55,694 nt of DNA from an uncultured bacterium (GTDB taxonomy: Bacteria; Planctomycetota; Planctomycetia; Gemmatales; Gemmataceae). A program made the translations under genes and the position numbers. Position 1 is the first letter of the stretch, and every line of letters starts with the position of its first letter. The notes beneath the pieces were generated by a model. It was not told the origin of the DNA, did not search any database, and worked only from the letters and a program-made list of their open reading frames with translations. This document shows positions 18,084 through 26,471 of this stretch, piece by piece. The stretch spans positions 1 through 55,694 of the forward strand of contig CAWUNZ010000001.1 of NCBI GenBank assembly GCA_963923445.1, in the 5' to 3' direction.

Positions 18084-18154
18084 AGAGCCTCGGGCGCGAG
18101 CCCGAGGGTAGTTAATTGATTGCTATTCCCACCCTCGGGCTCGCGCCCGAGGCT
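18084..18154. repeat. perfect 25-bp inverted repeat (two tetraloop hairpin modules) with 21-nt AT-rich spacer
   Basis: 18084-18108 GAGCCTCGGGCGCGAGCCCGAGGGT is the exact reverse complement of 18130-18154. Each arm is itself an 8-bp hairpin: CCTCGGGC-GCGA-GCCCGAGG. Verified base by base. Confidence 0.9.
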
Positions 18155-18422
18155 CAAACGGTGAATGGTTGCATTCAATGCTCAAAGTTTGAATCATTGG
18201 ATCCAATTCTGATGAGGCCCAAACGAATCCGTAGGCGAACTGAGGGGTCAACCATGCACGGTCCAGCATCGTGATGGTGGATGATTACCGTTCATTTTGA
18301 GCGTTTCTTGCCATGATCCGGGATATGGCCCGATCAAACCCGGTGGATGGAATTCCGTTTGGCAAACCGGGTAATAAAAAGAAATTTGCCCGCGCATCTC
18401 CGTCCCAAATCTAGGAAACCCC

Positions 18423-18845
18423 ATGAAATCCCGCACCGATTACATCACCCTGGAAATTCCATCGAAGATGGCCTTCGTGAACATCACCCCCAAGGTGGAA
18501 GAAGTGGTGCGCAAGAGCGGTGTCAAGGAGGGCATCGTGCTGGCCAACAGCATGCACATCACCTCGAGCGTGTTCATCAACGACGACGAGCGCGGACTGC
18601 ACCGCGACTTCGGGGTATGGCTCGAGGAACTGGCGCCCTTCAATCCCGATCCCGACCACTACCACCACAACCGCACGGGCGAGGACAATGCCGATGCCCA
18701 TTTGAAGCGGCAGATCATGGGACGGGAAGTGGTGGTGGCCATCACCAACGGCAAACTCGACCTCGGCACCTGGGAGCAGATTTTCTACGGCGAGTTCGAC
18801 GGCCACAGGCCCAAGCGGGTGCTGGTGAAGGTCATCGGCGAGTGA
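18423..18845 (+). CDS. YjbQ/UPF0047 family protein (secondary thiamine-phosphate synthase-like)
   Basis: [20 protein letters not shown]...[12 protein letters not shown]...[18 protein letters not shown]...[13 protein letters not shown] matches the family signature throughout. An AGGAAA SD precedes the ATG. Confidence 0.9.
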   Translation: MKSRTDYITLEIPSKMAFVNITPKVEEVVRKSGVKEGIVLANSMHITSSVFINDDERGLHRDFGVWLEELAPFNPDPDHYHHNRTGEDNADAHLKRQIMGREVVVAITNGKLDLGTWEQIFYGEFDGHRPKRVLVKVIGE

Positions 18846-18918
18846 CACCCGTTTTTGCCCCGCCGTTTGAAAGCTGATACCTTGTCGGCCAGTTGAACAT
18901 TCACCCGGGAGGCCAGAC

Positions 18919-19608
18919 ATGTCGAAGGGTTTGAAGGTTGTGCTCACGGGCGCCACACGCGGCTTGGGTGCCGCCATGCTGGAAGGGTTCGCCGCCAAGG
19001 GTTGCGTTGTTCATGGCTGCGGCAGCAACTCCGATGGCGTCAGCCGGCTGGCCAAGTCTTATCCGAACCCCCACGGGTTCGATGTGGTGGATGTCACCAA
19101 CGCGGGTCAAGTCGCGCGCTGGGCCGACAAGGTCCTGAAGGATGGACCGCCCGACCTGCTGGTGAACAACGCCGCCGTGATCCATTCACCCGCGAAGCTG
19201 TGGGACCTTCCCGCTGCCGAATGGAAGCGGGTTTTCGATGTGAATGTGCTGGGAATGGTGGAGGTGCTGCGCGCGTTCGTTCCGGCCATGGTGGCCAAAC
19301 GCAAGGGGGTGATCGTGAATTTCAGCTCCACCTGGGGCCGGAGCACATCGCCGGATGTGAGCCTTTACTGCGCCAGCAAGTATGCCGTTGAGGGGCTCAC
19401 CAAGTCGTTGGCGCAGGAGTTACCCTCGGGCATGGCTGCCGTGGCGCTCAATCCGGGGGTGATTGCCACCGACATGCTGGCTCAGGTGTTTGGCGCCGGG
19501 GCGGCGGCGTATCCAGCTCCCTCGGCCTGGGGAAAACGGGCCGTGCCGTTCATTCTGGGCTTGGGTGCGGGCGACAACGGGGCCTCGGCCAATGTGCCCG
19601 GCGCCTGA
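18919..19608 (+). CDS. SDR family oxidoreductase
   Basis: TGATRGLG cofactor motif, NNAA, and catalytic S...YCASK. A GGGAGG SD sits upstream. Confidence 0.9.
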   Translation: MSKGLKVVLTGATRGLGAAMLEGFAAKGCVVHGCGSNSDGVSRLAKSYPNPHGFDVVDVTNAGQVARWADKVLKDGPPDLLVNNAAVIHSPAKLWDLPAAEWKRVFDVNVLGMVEVLRAFVPAMVAKRKGVIVNFSSTWGRSTSPDVSLYCASKYAVEGLTKSLAQELPSGMAAVALNPGVIATDMLAQVFGAGAAAYPAPSAWGKRAVPFILGLGAGDNGASANVPGA

Positions 19609-19685
19609 ACCCTTGCCTTGGGCCGCCAAGTCCCCACAACAACCTGATAAACTAACCGCTGAACAATATGTCACGGGAGATTGAG

Positions 19686-20738
19686 ATGTCGTCGCTCAAG
19701 TCGCTGATCGCCTCGGGAACCAAGCTATGGCTCGATTCGATCGAGCCTGAACTCGTGAAGAAGAACCGCGCCTTGGGTGCCACCGGCGCGACCTCCAACC
19801 CGATCATCGTTTCCGACATCCTCAAAGGCGGAAAGTTCGATGACGAGATCAAGAAACTTCTCGCCGCCGGGCATTCCGACGAGGAAGTGGCTTGGGCCAT
19901 GACCGACAAGCTTGTCAGCCAAGCCCAGCAAGTGTTCCTGCCCGTATGGGAATCGACCAAGTGCAACGACGGTTGGGTCAGCTTCGAACTGGACCCGCTG
20001 CTGGAAGACAAGGCCTGCCCGCTGAGCATCCCCGAGCGTTCCAAAAAATACGCCGAGTTGGGCAAGAAGTACGCAGCCGGCCAGAAGAACCGAATGATCA
20101 AGGTTCCGGCCACTCCCGCGGGCCTTGGGGCGCTTGAGGAACTCGCCGCCGCCGGCGTGACCCTGAATGTGACGCTGATTTTCTCAAAGGATCAGTACCT
20201 GGCCGCGCGCGAGGCCGTGTGGAAGGGTGCCCAGCGCCGACCCGGTGGCTTGGCCACATTCAAGTCGGTCTATTCGATCTTCGTCAGCCGGGTGGATGTT
20301 TACACCCTGGCCCATGTGCCTTCGTTGATTCCCGCCGCCCAGGGGCAGGTGGGCATCGTGAACGCCAAGCGCATCTGGAAGATGAACAAGGATTTCTGGG
20401 CCTCGAAGAACCTTCCCCTTGAGCAGGAGATGATCTTCGCCAGCACCGGGGTCAAGGATCCCAAGGCGGATCCTACCACTTATGTGGCCGCGTTCGCCGG
20501 TTCCGACATTGAAACCAACCCGCCCGCCACCAACGACGCCGTGGAAGCCAGCGGCAAGTCGTTCAGCCGGCAGGTGGATCACCTGCCACCCGCCGATGTC
20601 CTTGCCGACATCGACGCCAAGGTGGACATGCGCAAGCTTGAGGACACGCTCATGTCCGAAGGCCTCGAGAAGTTCTCCGATCCGTTCAAGAAGCTTCTGG
20701 CCCTGATCGGTTCCAAGCGCGCCTCGCTGGGTTCCTGA
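19686..20738 (+). CDS. tal: transaldolase family protein
   Basis: [11 protein letters not shown]...GATGATSNP and MIKVPAT (Schiff-base Lys region). Second ATG 19686 chosen because GGGAG lies 6 nt upstream; the track start is 19668. Confidence 0.88.
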   Translation: MSSLKSLIASGTKLWLDSIEPELVKKNRALGATGATSNPIIVSDILKGGKFDDEIKKLLAAGHSDEEVAWAMTDKLVSQAQQVFLPVWESTKCNDGWVSFELDPLLEDKACPLSIPERSKKYAELGKKYAAGQKNRMIKVPATPAGLGALEELAAAGVTLNVTLIFSKDQYLAAREAVWKGAQRRPGGLATFKSVYSIFVSRVDVYTLAHVPSLIPAAQGQVGIVNAKRIWKMNKDFWASKNLPLEQEMIFASTGVKDPKADPTTYVAAFAGSDIETNPPATNDAVEASGKSFSRQVDHLPPADVLADIDAKVDMRKLEDTLMSEGLEKFSDPFKKLLALIGSKRASLGS

Positions 20739-20766
20739 TAACCCTAACCGGCAACCTGAAAAGGTT

Positions 20767-20798
20767 GGGGCCCCGCGGTCGCGGGGCCCCTTGGTTTT
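20767..20798. terminator. bidirectional rho-independent terminator between transaldolase and the Cys-Cys repeat gene
   Basis: 10-bp stem GGGGCCCCGC / GCGGGGCCCC (20767-20776 / 20781-20790) with a 4-nt loop. TTGGTTTT follows on the plus strand and AACCTTTTC on the minus strand. Confidence 0.65.
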
Positions 20799-20814
20799 CA
20801 TGGCTTTGATGGAA

Positions 20815-21108
20815 TCAGTTGCAGCAGGCGCCGTTGGGGCAGCAGGCCTTTTGGGCTTCGCAGCAGTCACCGGCCTCACAGCAGGCGGCGCCGGGAACGC
20901 AGCAATCGGCACCTTCCTTGCAGCAGTCACCATCGCCACCACAGCAAGCGGCGGTGCCGCAGCACTCGCCGGTCGCGCAGCAGGCGGCATCGGGTGCGCA
21001 GCAGGCACCTTGGCCGCAGCATGGGCCGGCCCATTTCCACGCGGCATAACCGGTGGCACCGAGACCCAAGAGGACCGCACTCACAACCATCGCGGATTTC
21101 AGGAACAT
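20815..21108 (-). CDS. small secreted Cys-Cys dipeptide repeat protein (97 aa, 22 Cys), no family recognised
   Basis: MFLKSAMVVSAVLLGLGATGYA signal-like leader, then AWKWAGP-CC-GQGA-CC-APDAA-CC-ATGE-CC-GTAA-CC-GGDGD-CC-KEGAD-CC-VPGAA-CC-EAGD-CC-EAQKA-CC-PNGA-CC-N. AAGGAG (21116-21121) lies 7 nt before ATG 21108. The third codon position is mostly G/C in this frame. Confidence 0.75.
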   Translation of the reverse strand: MFLKSAMVVSAVLLGLGATGYAAWKWAGPCCGQGACCAPDAACCATGECCGTAACCGGDGDCCKEGADCCVPGAACCEAGDCCEAQKACCPNGACCN

Positions 21109-21206
21109 GGTCATTCTCCTTGTTTCAAAGACTTGATTTCAACTGTTCGGGACTAAGGACGGAATGGACTGGCACCCGGATTTGGGTGAAGAACTTTCCA
21201 TGGCTC

Positions 21207-21581
21207 TTAGCAGTTGAACCGGCAGTGGAGGAGATGAGTGCGCCTGCCCCACCCCGGTGGACTATCCACCAAGACAGGTGATTCCCTAACGGCTGTGAGG
21301 GAAAGATCCGCGCTGAAAGGCCATGCCGTCAAGGCGTCGGCCGAATCGCCCCCCGATGTTGGCGTTCCCCGTTCCGTATGGGTGGCGGGATCTGCCTTTT
21401 GACAGCAGGGGGATTGGCGGGTTGGCGCGGGATCGGGCCGAGGTTCTCCTGATTCGCCACCGCAGCAGCAACAGGCTTTGGCTGGCGCGGCGGCAAAAAG
21501 GCGCACGCAGCAGACATGGGGCGGCACGAGCAAGGTGGCCAAGGCCACCAAAGCACCCATGCTGTTCCAAATCCGCTGCAT
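21207..21581 (-). CDS. hypothetical membrane-anchored or secreted protein with Cys clusters (HVCC, ACCCC, PCC, C-terminal HC..NC)
   Basis: MQRIWNSMGALVALATLLVPPHVCCVRLFAAAPAKACCCCGG...SPCCQK...HLLHCRFNC. GGGAG lies 8 nt upstream of ATG 21581. Several overlapping alternative-frame ORFs exist here, so the frame is less certain than for the neighbouring gene. Confidence 0.5.
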   Translation of the reverse strand: MQRIWNSMGALVALATLLVPPHVCCVRLFAAAPAKACCCCGGESGEPRPDPAPTRQSPCCQKADPATHTERGTPTSGGDSADALTAWPFSADLSLTAVRESPVLVDSPPGWGRRTHLLHCRFNC

Positions 21582-21628
21582 GGAAAAAACTCCCGGTCGT
21601 CAACCCGCGACACACATAGTCTACGCTC

Positions 21629-22012
21629 ATGTCGGCATCAAGGTTGGCTCGAATCGCGTTCTTCTGCCGTTGGGCTTTCTGGAGCCTCCTTCTAGCCATT
21701 TCGGTTGCCCTGTTGCGCCCGGAACCGATTGCCGTACGCGATGAACTGGTTCCGGAAGAGGGGCGATTTCACGCCGCAAAAGCCTTTCATGTATTGGGTT
21801 ACGCCTTATTAACCATTCTGGCTGCCACCGGTTACCCCCATCGGGGCGTCTTGATCGGACTGATCTTGGTGGCCCATGGGGCGCTGGTCGAAATCATCCA
21901 ACCCCATGTCGGTCGCAACGGCACGGTTATCGATGTCGCCTTTGACGCTGCTGGCGTTGCCTTGGGTTTTTGGCTGATCCGTACCCTTGGATCGAAGCCT
22001 CCCGCCACTTGA
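21629..22012 (+). CDS. VanZ-like family membrane protein
   Basis: Four hydrophobic helices with the VanZ-like pattern H..GY..L, EIIQ...GR...D...D..G. Divergent from the Cys-cluster gene, 47 bp between starts. Confidence 0.7.
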   Translation: MSASRLARIAFFCRWAFWSLLLAISVALLRPEPIAVRDELVPEEGRFHAAKAFHVLGYALLTILAATGYPHRGVLIGLILVAHGALVEIIQPHVGRNGTVIDVAFDAAGVALGFWLIRTLGSKPPAT

Positions 22013-22066
22013 TTCAGGCCTCCCTCTGCCGTTATCCGTCGCGCACATGGGCGCGGAGGACATGGC

Positions 22067-24958
22067 ATGCTGGCTTTTTCACTTGTCTCATTGTTGGCCG
22101 TCGGCGAGGTCCGATGCCCCGAGGATGCCTGCCTCCGCGGAATCGCCTTCCTGGACGCCAATAACGGTTGGACGGTCGGGGACGATGGCGCCATCTGGCG
22201 AACCACCGATGGTGGCGCCCGTTGGGAGCGCCAGTCCGGAGGCACGCGCGGGTCGCTTCGTCGGGTGGTTTTTCAGGACGCCCAGCGGGGTTGGATTTGC
22301 GGCCGCGAGGACGGACCCGGTGGATCCAGCGGCGTGCTTCTCGTCACACGCGACGGAGGGAGCACCTGGCAACGGGTGCTCGCGGGAGCGGTTCCGGCAC
22401 TTCATGGGATCGCCTTTGTCAATGACAATGACGGATACCTTTGGGGGGAAGCCTCCGGCCCCTACAGCTCCGGCCTGTTCCAAACCAAGGATGGCGGCCG
22501 GTCATGGGCACCCGTCCCGGGCCTGTCGCCGGGCGGGTGGACATCGGCCTGGTTTGCCGCCATGGACTCCGGCTTGCTGGTCGGCATGGATGGCCGGGTG
22601 CATCAGTTCAGCGGCAAGGAATGGTCTCCGATACCCGCTGACGCGCTCGCTAACCATCGCGCCCTGGCCTGCCTTGGAGGTCTGGCCTGTGGCGAGGGGG
22701 GCCTGCTGATCGACCAACAGAACGGCAGGTGGTCTCTCGCGAGGTCGCATATTGACGCCAAGGCGCTGGGTCAGGTCGCCTGGCGCGCCATGGCCAGGCA
22801 GGGCGATCGCGTGGTGGTGGCGGGTTCTCCCGGCGGTGTGGTGCTCCTGAGCGACGACGGCGGCAGGCATTTCGCGCCTCGCCTGACCGGCGTTCCGCAC
22901 TCGCTACACGACTCCTGCCTTCTGCCTGACGGCACGGCCTACGCCTGCGGCGCCATGGGAACGGTGATCCGCAGTGCCGATGGGGGCAAAACTTGGACAA
23001 CGGTGCGCCAACCGGTCACCCACGCGGCCATGCTGGTGGCGGGACGCGACCCGGCCAAAATGCCTTGGCGCACCATCGCCCAGCATGGGTGGGATGACGG
23101 CCTTGCCGTGGCCGCCCTGGTGGTTTCAAGGGATGCCGACCCCGCCAGGCTTGTCGCGGCCCACCGCCACGCGGGATTGGTGGCCACCGAAGCCACCCGT
23201 GCCGGCGCCGCGTGGCGCGAGCGCCTGGTGATGGCGCTGCGCCAATTCCAGCCGGAGCACCTCCTGGTGACTTCCGGCGGTGCCGACGACAAGGCTTGGC
23301 TTTTGGAGGCCTCCGCGGCGGCGCAATGGGCCTCGGAACCGGAGCGATTCCCCGAGCAGATCGAGGCACTGGGACTCAAGGCCTGGCAAGGCGGCGTCGT
23401 TTGGCGTCAATCGGTGGGTGACGAAGCGACCGTCCGTGTGATGGGCCAGAGGCCTTCCGACCGGTTGGAGGACACCGTCGACGGACATGCCGCCGCCACC
23501 ATGGCGCTTTTCGGGATCTCTGAAGATAATCCGCAGGGATTTGATGGCTGGGCGGCCATGAAACCGCGTCCGGGGGAAACCTGGCGTTCGCTGCTGGCCG
23601 CATCCTCGGCGCGGTTGCAAGGCGCGCGCAGGCCACTGCCCATGCCAGAACCGATGGATGCCGCCACCGCCAAGGCGCTCGAGCAAAGGCGCCTCCACGA
23701 GGCGCTGGCGCGCCCGGGAACCCTGCCACAGGCGGATGGCGAACGCGCGGCCTCGTCGTTGGGCGCCACATTGGACCATTTGGACGATGCCCGAGGCGCG
23801 CCGTTCCTCGATCGTTTGGCCTCCGGAGCGGAACGCTCGGGCCGCTGGCAGTTGGCGCGGGAATTAAGGGCCATGCTGGTGGAACGGTACCCGGCGCATC
23901 CGCTCGCCTTGGCATCCACCCGCTGGCTGATCGGGCACGAATCCAGCAGCGAGGTGCGCCGCCGCGAGGAACTGGCCCGCACGGTGGAACGGGCGATCAT
24001 GCAGGCGGGCATGCCGAACGCCTCGGGTTCCCGGCCGGTGCCCGCTCCCGGTGGTAAAACCATCGAGGCCCCCGAAACCATCACCCAAGTCACCCGGGAA
24101 ACCATCGTGCTCGACGGCCGCGCACTGACTCGCAAAAACCTCGAAACCTGTCTGGCGCGCGAGGCGTTGCTTCGGGCCTCCGGCAGCCTGGCCGCGCAGG
24201 ATCCGGGCACCCAGTTCATGCTCCAATCGGCCCGAAGGCAACTGGGGCAGTTCGAACCAGCGGCGGCGTACTACAAGAAGGCTGCTTCCTCGCTGGCCAA
24301 GGGAAGCCCGTGGCAGACCGCCGCGGAAATGGAGCTTTGGTTGGCGAACCGCGCGGGGGAACCTCCCCGACCGGCAATCGCCTGCCGGCAAGCCCAATCC
24401 CGCCCCCACCTCGACGGCAGGCTGGAAGATCCATGCTGGCAAAACGCCCTGCGCCCGATGGAGGGCGCCTCGACTCCCACCACCGTGGCCATGGCTTTCG
24501 ACTCCGGGTTTCTTTACCTGGCGGCCCGGTGCCCGGGCGCGGCGCCCGATGGCGGGGTTCAGGCCGCGGGCCGGACGCCGGACTCGGCGCGGGATTCGCG
24601 CGACAGGGTGTGCTTCTTCCTCGACCTCGATCGCGATCACTCCACGGGTTACACGCTCACCATCGACGATCAGGGCCGGGTGGCGGATCGGTGTTGCGAC
24701 GACCCCACCTGGGATCCGCGCTGGTTCGTGGCCGTTGCCCGCGAGGAGGACGCCTGGACTCTGGAAGCCGCGATTCCACTTTCCGCCCTCACCGGGGAAA
24801 CAGTCACCACCGGGCAGGCCTGGCTGGTGCAGGTGGCCCGCATGCGCGGTGAGGATCCCGTGGCCATCTGGTCGAGGGGCAAGGGCGTTGGCCCCGGGCC
24901 TTTCTTCCCGGGGCAACCGGGTCTGGCGCTCTTTTTGCCCTCAGGCAAGCCGCGGTGA
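22067..24958 (+). CDS. multidomain protein: Asp-box (BNR/Ycf48-like) beta-propeller + central alpha-helical/TPR-like region + CBM9/DOMON-like C-terminus
   Basis: Five Asp-box motifs (TTDGGARW, TRDGGSTW, TKDGGRSW, SDDGGRHF, SADGGKTW). The C-terminal LDGRLEDPCWQNA...FLYLAARC...FFLDLDRDHSTGY...WTLEAAIPLSAL resembles carbohydrate-binding family 9. A GGAGGA SD lies 6 nt upstream. Confidence 0.8.
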   Translation: MLAFSLVSLLAVGEVRCPEDACLRGIAFLDANNGWTVGDDGAIWRTTDGGARWERQSGGTRGSLRRVVFQDAQRGWICGREDGPGGSSGVLLVTRDGGSTWQRVLAGAVPALHGIAFVNDNDGYLWGEASGPYSSGLFQTKDGGRSWAPVPGLSPGGWTSAWFAAMDSGLLVGMDGRVHQFSGKEWSPIPADALANHRALACLGGLACGEGGLLIDQQNGRWSLARSHIDAKALGQVAWRAMARQGDRVVVAGSPGGVVLLSDDGGRHFAPRLTGVPHSLHDSCLLPDGTAYACGAMGTVIRSADGGKTWTTVRQPVTHAAMLVAGRDPAKMPWRTIAQHGWDDGLAVAALVVSRDADPARLVAAHRHAGLVATEATRAGAAWRERLVMALRQFQPEHLLVTSGGADDKAWLLEASAAAQWASEPERFPEQIEALGLKAWQGGVVWRQSVGDEATVRVMGQRPSDRLEDTVDGHAAATMALFGISEDNPQGFDGWAAMKPRPGETWRSLLAASSARLQGARRPLPMPEPMDAATAKALEQRRLHEALARPGTLPQADGERAASSLGATLDHLDDARGAPFLDRLASGAERSGRWQLARELRAMLVERYPAHPLALASTRWLIGHESSSEVRRREELARTVERAIMQAGMPNASGSRPVPAPGGKTIEAPETITQVTRETIVLDGRALTRKNLETCLAREALLRASGSLAAQDPGTQFMLQSARRQLGQFEPAAAYYKKAASSLAKGSPWQTAAEMELWLANRAGEPPRPAIACRQAQSRPHLDGRLEDPCWQNALRPMEGASTPTTVAMAFDSGFLYLAARCPGAAPDGGVQAAGRTPDSARDSRDRVCFFLDLDRDHSTGYTLTIDDQGRVADRCCDDPTWDPRWFVAVAREEDAWTLEAAIPLSALTGETVTTGQAWLVQVARMRGEDPVAIWSRGKGVGPGPFFPGQPGLALFLPSGKPR

Positions 24959-25105
24959 ACCATTCGGCCCGCTGGCCAGCCCGCACAGCCGTCGCGACCG
25001 GCACCACCAGCGCCCGGTCAAATCCGGATTTCCTCAAGTGCATGATTGCGAATGCCGACACGGCGCCGGTACCATGACCCGTAGGCGCGGTCAGGACCCG
25101 CGCCC

Positions 25106-26470
25106 GTGGCGGCGGGGAGTCCAGGCGTGGCGATCGCGTTCGGTGCGGCCTTGGTTCTGGGTATTTTCCTGGCAGCGGAAGGCGCCCCTCCCGAGGATTT
25201 GAAGACTTTCATCGAGGCCTTGGGAGACGAGCAGTTCGACAAACGGCAAGGAGCCGAGAGCCGGCTGAAGGACCTGGGCCCGGCCGCCCTGCCCGCCCTG
25301 AAGGCCGCCCGCGACCACGCCGACCCGGAAATCCGCCGCCGTGCCGGCGAACTTCTTGCCATCATCGAGCAATCGGTAAAGTTGTCTCCCAAGCTGGTGA
25401 ACCTCGGCGACGGGGAATTTCCCCTGAAGGATGTCCTGAAGGACCTCTCCAGCCAAACCGGCTACGGGATCGAGACCTGGCCCAACCTTCAGGACAAGCC
25501 GGTCCAGCTTGCCCGGGGAAAAATGCCGCTGTTGCAGGCTCTCGACCTTGTTGGGAAGCAGGCCGGATGCGTGATCCAACAAGGGTTTGGCGACGACCGT
25601 CTTCGCCTTGGCCAAGGCCAGCCTCCCGAGCACGCCTGGTATGAAGGCGCCTTCAGGATCAACGCCACCAATGTGCAACATTTCCGCAACATCGACCTGA
25701 ACCAAGGGCCCGGGGCCGCGAACCGCCGAACAGACTCACTGACCCTCGGGATGAGCATTTCCACGGAACCGCGACTGCCTCTTCTGGGCGTGGGTGAACC
25801 GCGCCTCAGCATGGCCATCGACAATCTCGACCAGTCCCTCATGGGCCCCATGCCGGGCGAACCGGGTTGGAACGGCGGAGCCATTCGCCATGTCAGCCGC
25901 TACGGCAATGGATACCGGTCGCAGTCACAGGGGTTCTCGGCCAACATGCGCCGGGCCAATGAGCGGTCCACTCATATCAAGCTCGTTCGCGGTTCCGTCT
26001 CTTGTGTGGTTCTGGTGGAACAGCGTCCGGTGGCGCTCACCCATGAGATCCTCAAGGCCAAGGGTCAGAACGCCAAGGTGGGAACCACATCGTTCACCGT
26101 TGAGGATGTCCAGGAATCGCCGAACAAATCGGTGACTGTCAAGCTTTCCGTGCGCGAGGGCAAGGAAGGCTCCAACAACGGGGACTACACCTGGCTGAAC
26201 TCGATGTACCAAAGGCTTGAGCTTCAGGATGCCGAGGGCAGGCGTTTCATGAACCAGGGAAGTTCATGGGGCAACAGCGGCCCGAACTTCGCCCAACTCA
26301 CCTTCACCTTCGCCCCGCCGCCTCCCGGCGCGGTGCCGCCCCGCGGTGTTGGAAACGCGCCCATCGCCCCCAAGGGCCCGGTGGGACCGGCCGCCAAGCT
26401 TGTGTACACCGTTTGGGACACCACCGAACACTCGGTGTCGTTCGAGTTTCGCGACCTGCCATTGCCCTGA
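25106..26470 (+). CDS. hypothetical secreted protein with N-terminal HEAT-like segment
   Basis: GTG start, signal-like AIAFGAALVLGIFLAAEG, and ...LGPAALPALKAARDHADPEIRRRAGELL. The remainder is unassigned. Confidence 0.7.
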   Translation: MAAGSPGVAIAFGAALVLGIFLAAEGAPPEDLKTFIEALGDEQFDKRQGAESRLKDLGPAALPALKAARDHADPEIRRRAGELLAIIEQSVKLSPKLVNLGDGEFPLKDVLKDLSSQTGYGIETWPNLQDKPVQLARGKMPLLQALDLVGKQAGCVIQQGFGDDRLRLGQGQPPEHAWYEGAFRINATNVQHFRNIDLNQGPGAANRRTDSLTLGMSISTEPRLPLLGVGEPRLSMAIDNLDQSLMGPMPGEPGWNGGAIRHVSRYGNGYRSQSQGFSANMRRANERSTHIKLVRGSVSCVVLVEQRPVALTHEILKAKGQNAKVGTTSFTVEDVQESPNKSVTVKLSVREGKEGSNNGDYTWLNSMYQRLELQDAEGRRFMNQGSSWGNSGPNFAQLTFTFAPPPPGAVPPRGVGNAPIAPKGPVGPAAKLVYTVWDTTEHSVSFEFRDLPLP

Positions 26471-26471
26471 T

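Noticed and set aside
18209-18240. Hammerhead-ribozyme-like CUGAUGA ... GAA core in the ubiD-yjbQ spacer.
   Set aside because: The putative stem II is only 3 bp with a 14-nt loop, the second core element reads GAAC rather than GAAA, and I could not build stems I and III.
18155-18422. Possible TPP riboswitch upstream of the YjbQ (secondary thiamine-phosphate synthase) gene.
   Set aside because: I could not find the conserved CUGAGA ... ACCUGAUCUGGAUAAUGCCAGCG elements. Only a CTGAGG fragment is present. An Rfam scan would settle it.
20821-21021. Regularly spaced GCAGCA hexamers (18 or 21 nt period) that superficially resemble a short repeat array or CRISPR.
   Set aside because: The repeat unit is only 6 nt, the period is far too short for CRISPR, the hexamers are all in one reading frame, and no cas genes are present. 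Codon periodicity of a protein explains the pattern.
20791-21156. Plus-strand ORFs across the Cys-Cys gene: a 121-aa Ala/Gly-rich ORF, and a 76-aa Gln/Ala/Pro-rich ORF at 20819..21049.
   Set aside because: They are the mirror image of the TGC-TGC periodicity. They have no SD and no sensible N-terminus, and they run into the bidirectional terminator from the wrong side. The minus-strand frame has an AAGGAG SD and a signal peptide. Formal codon-bias scoring is still needed.
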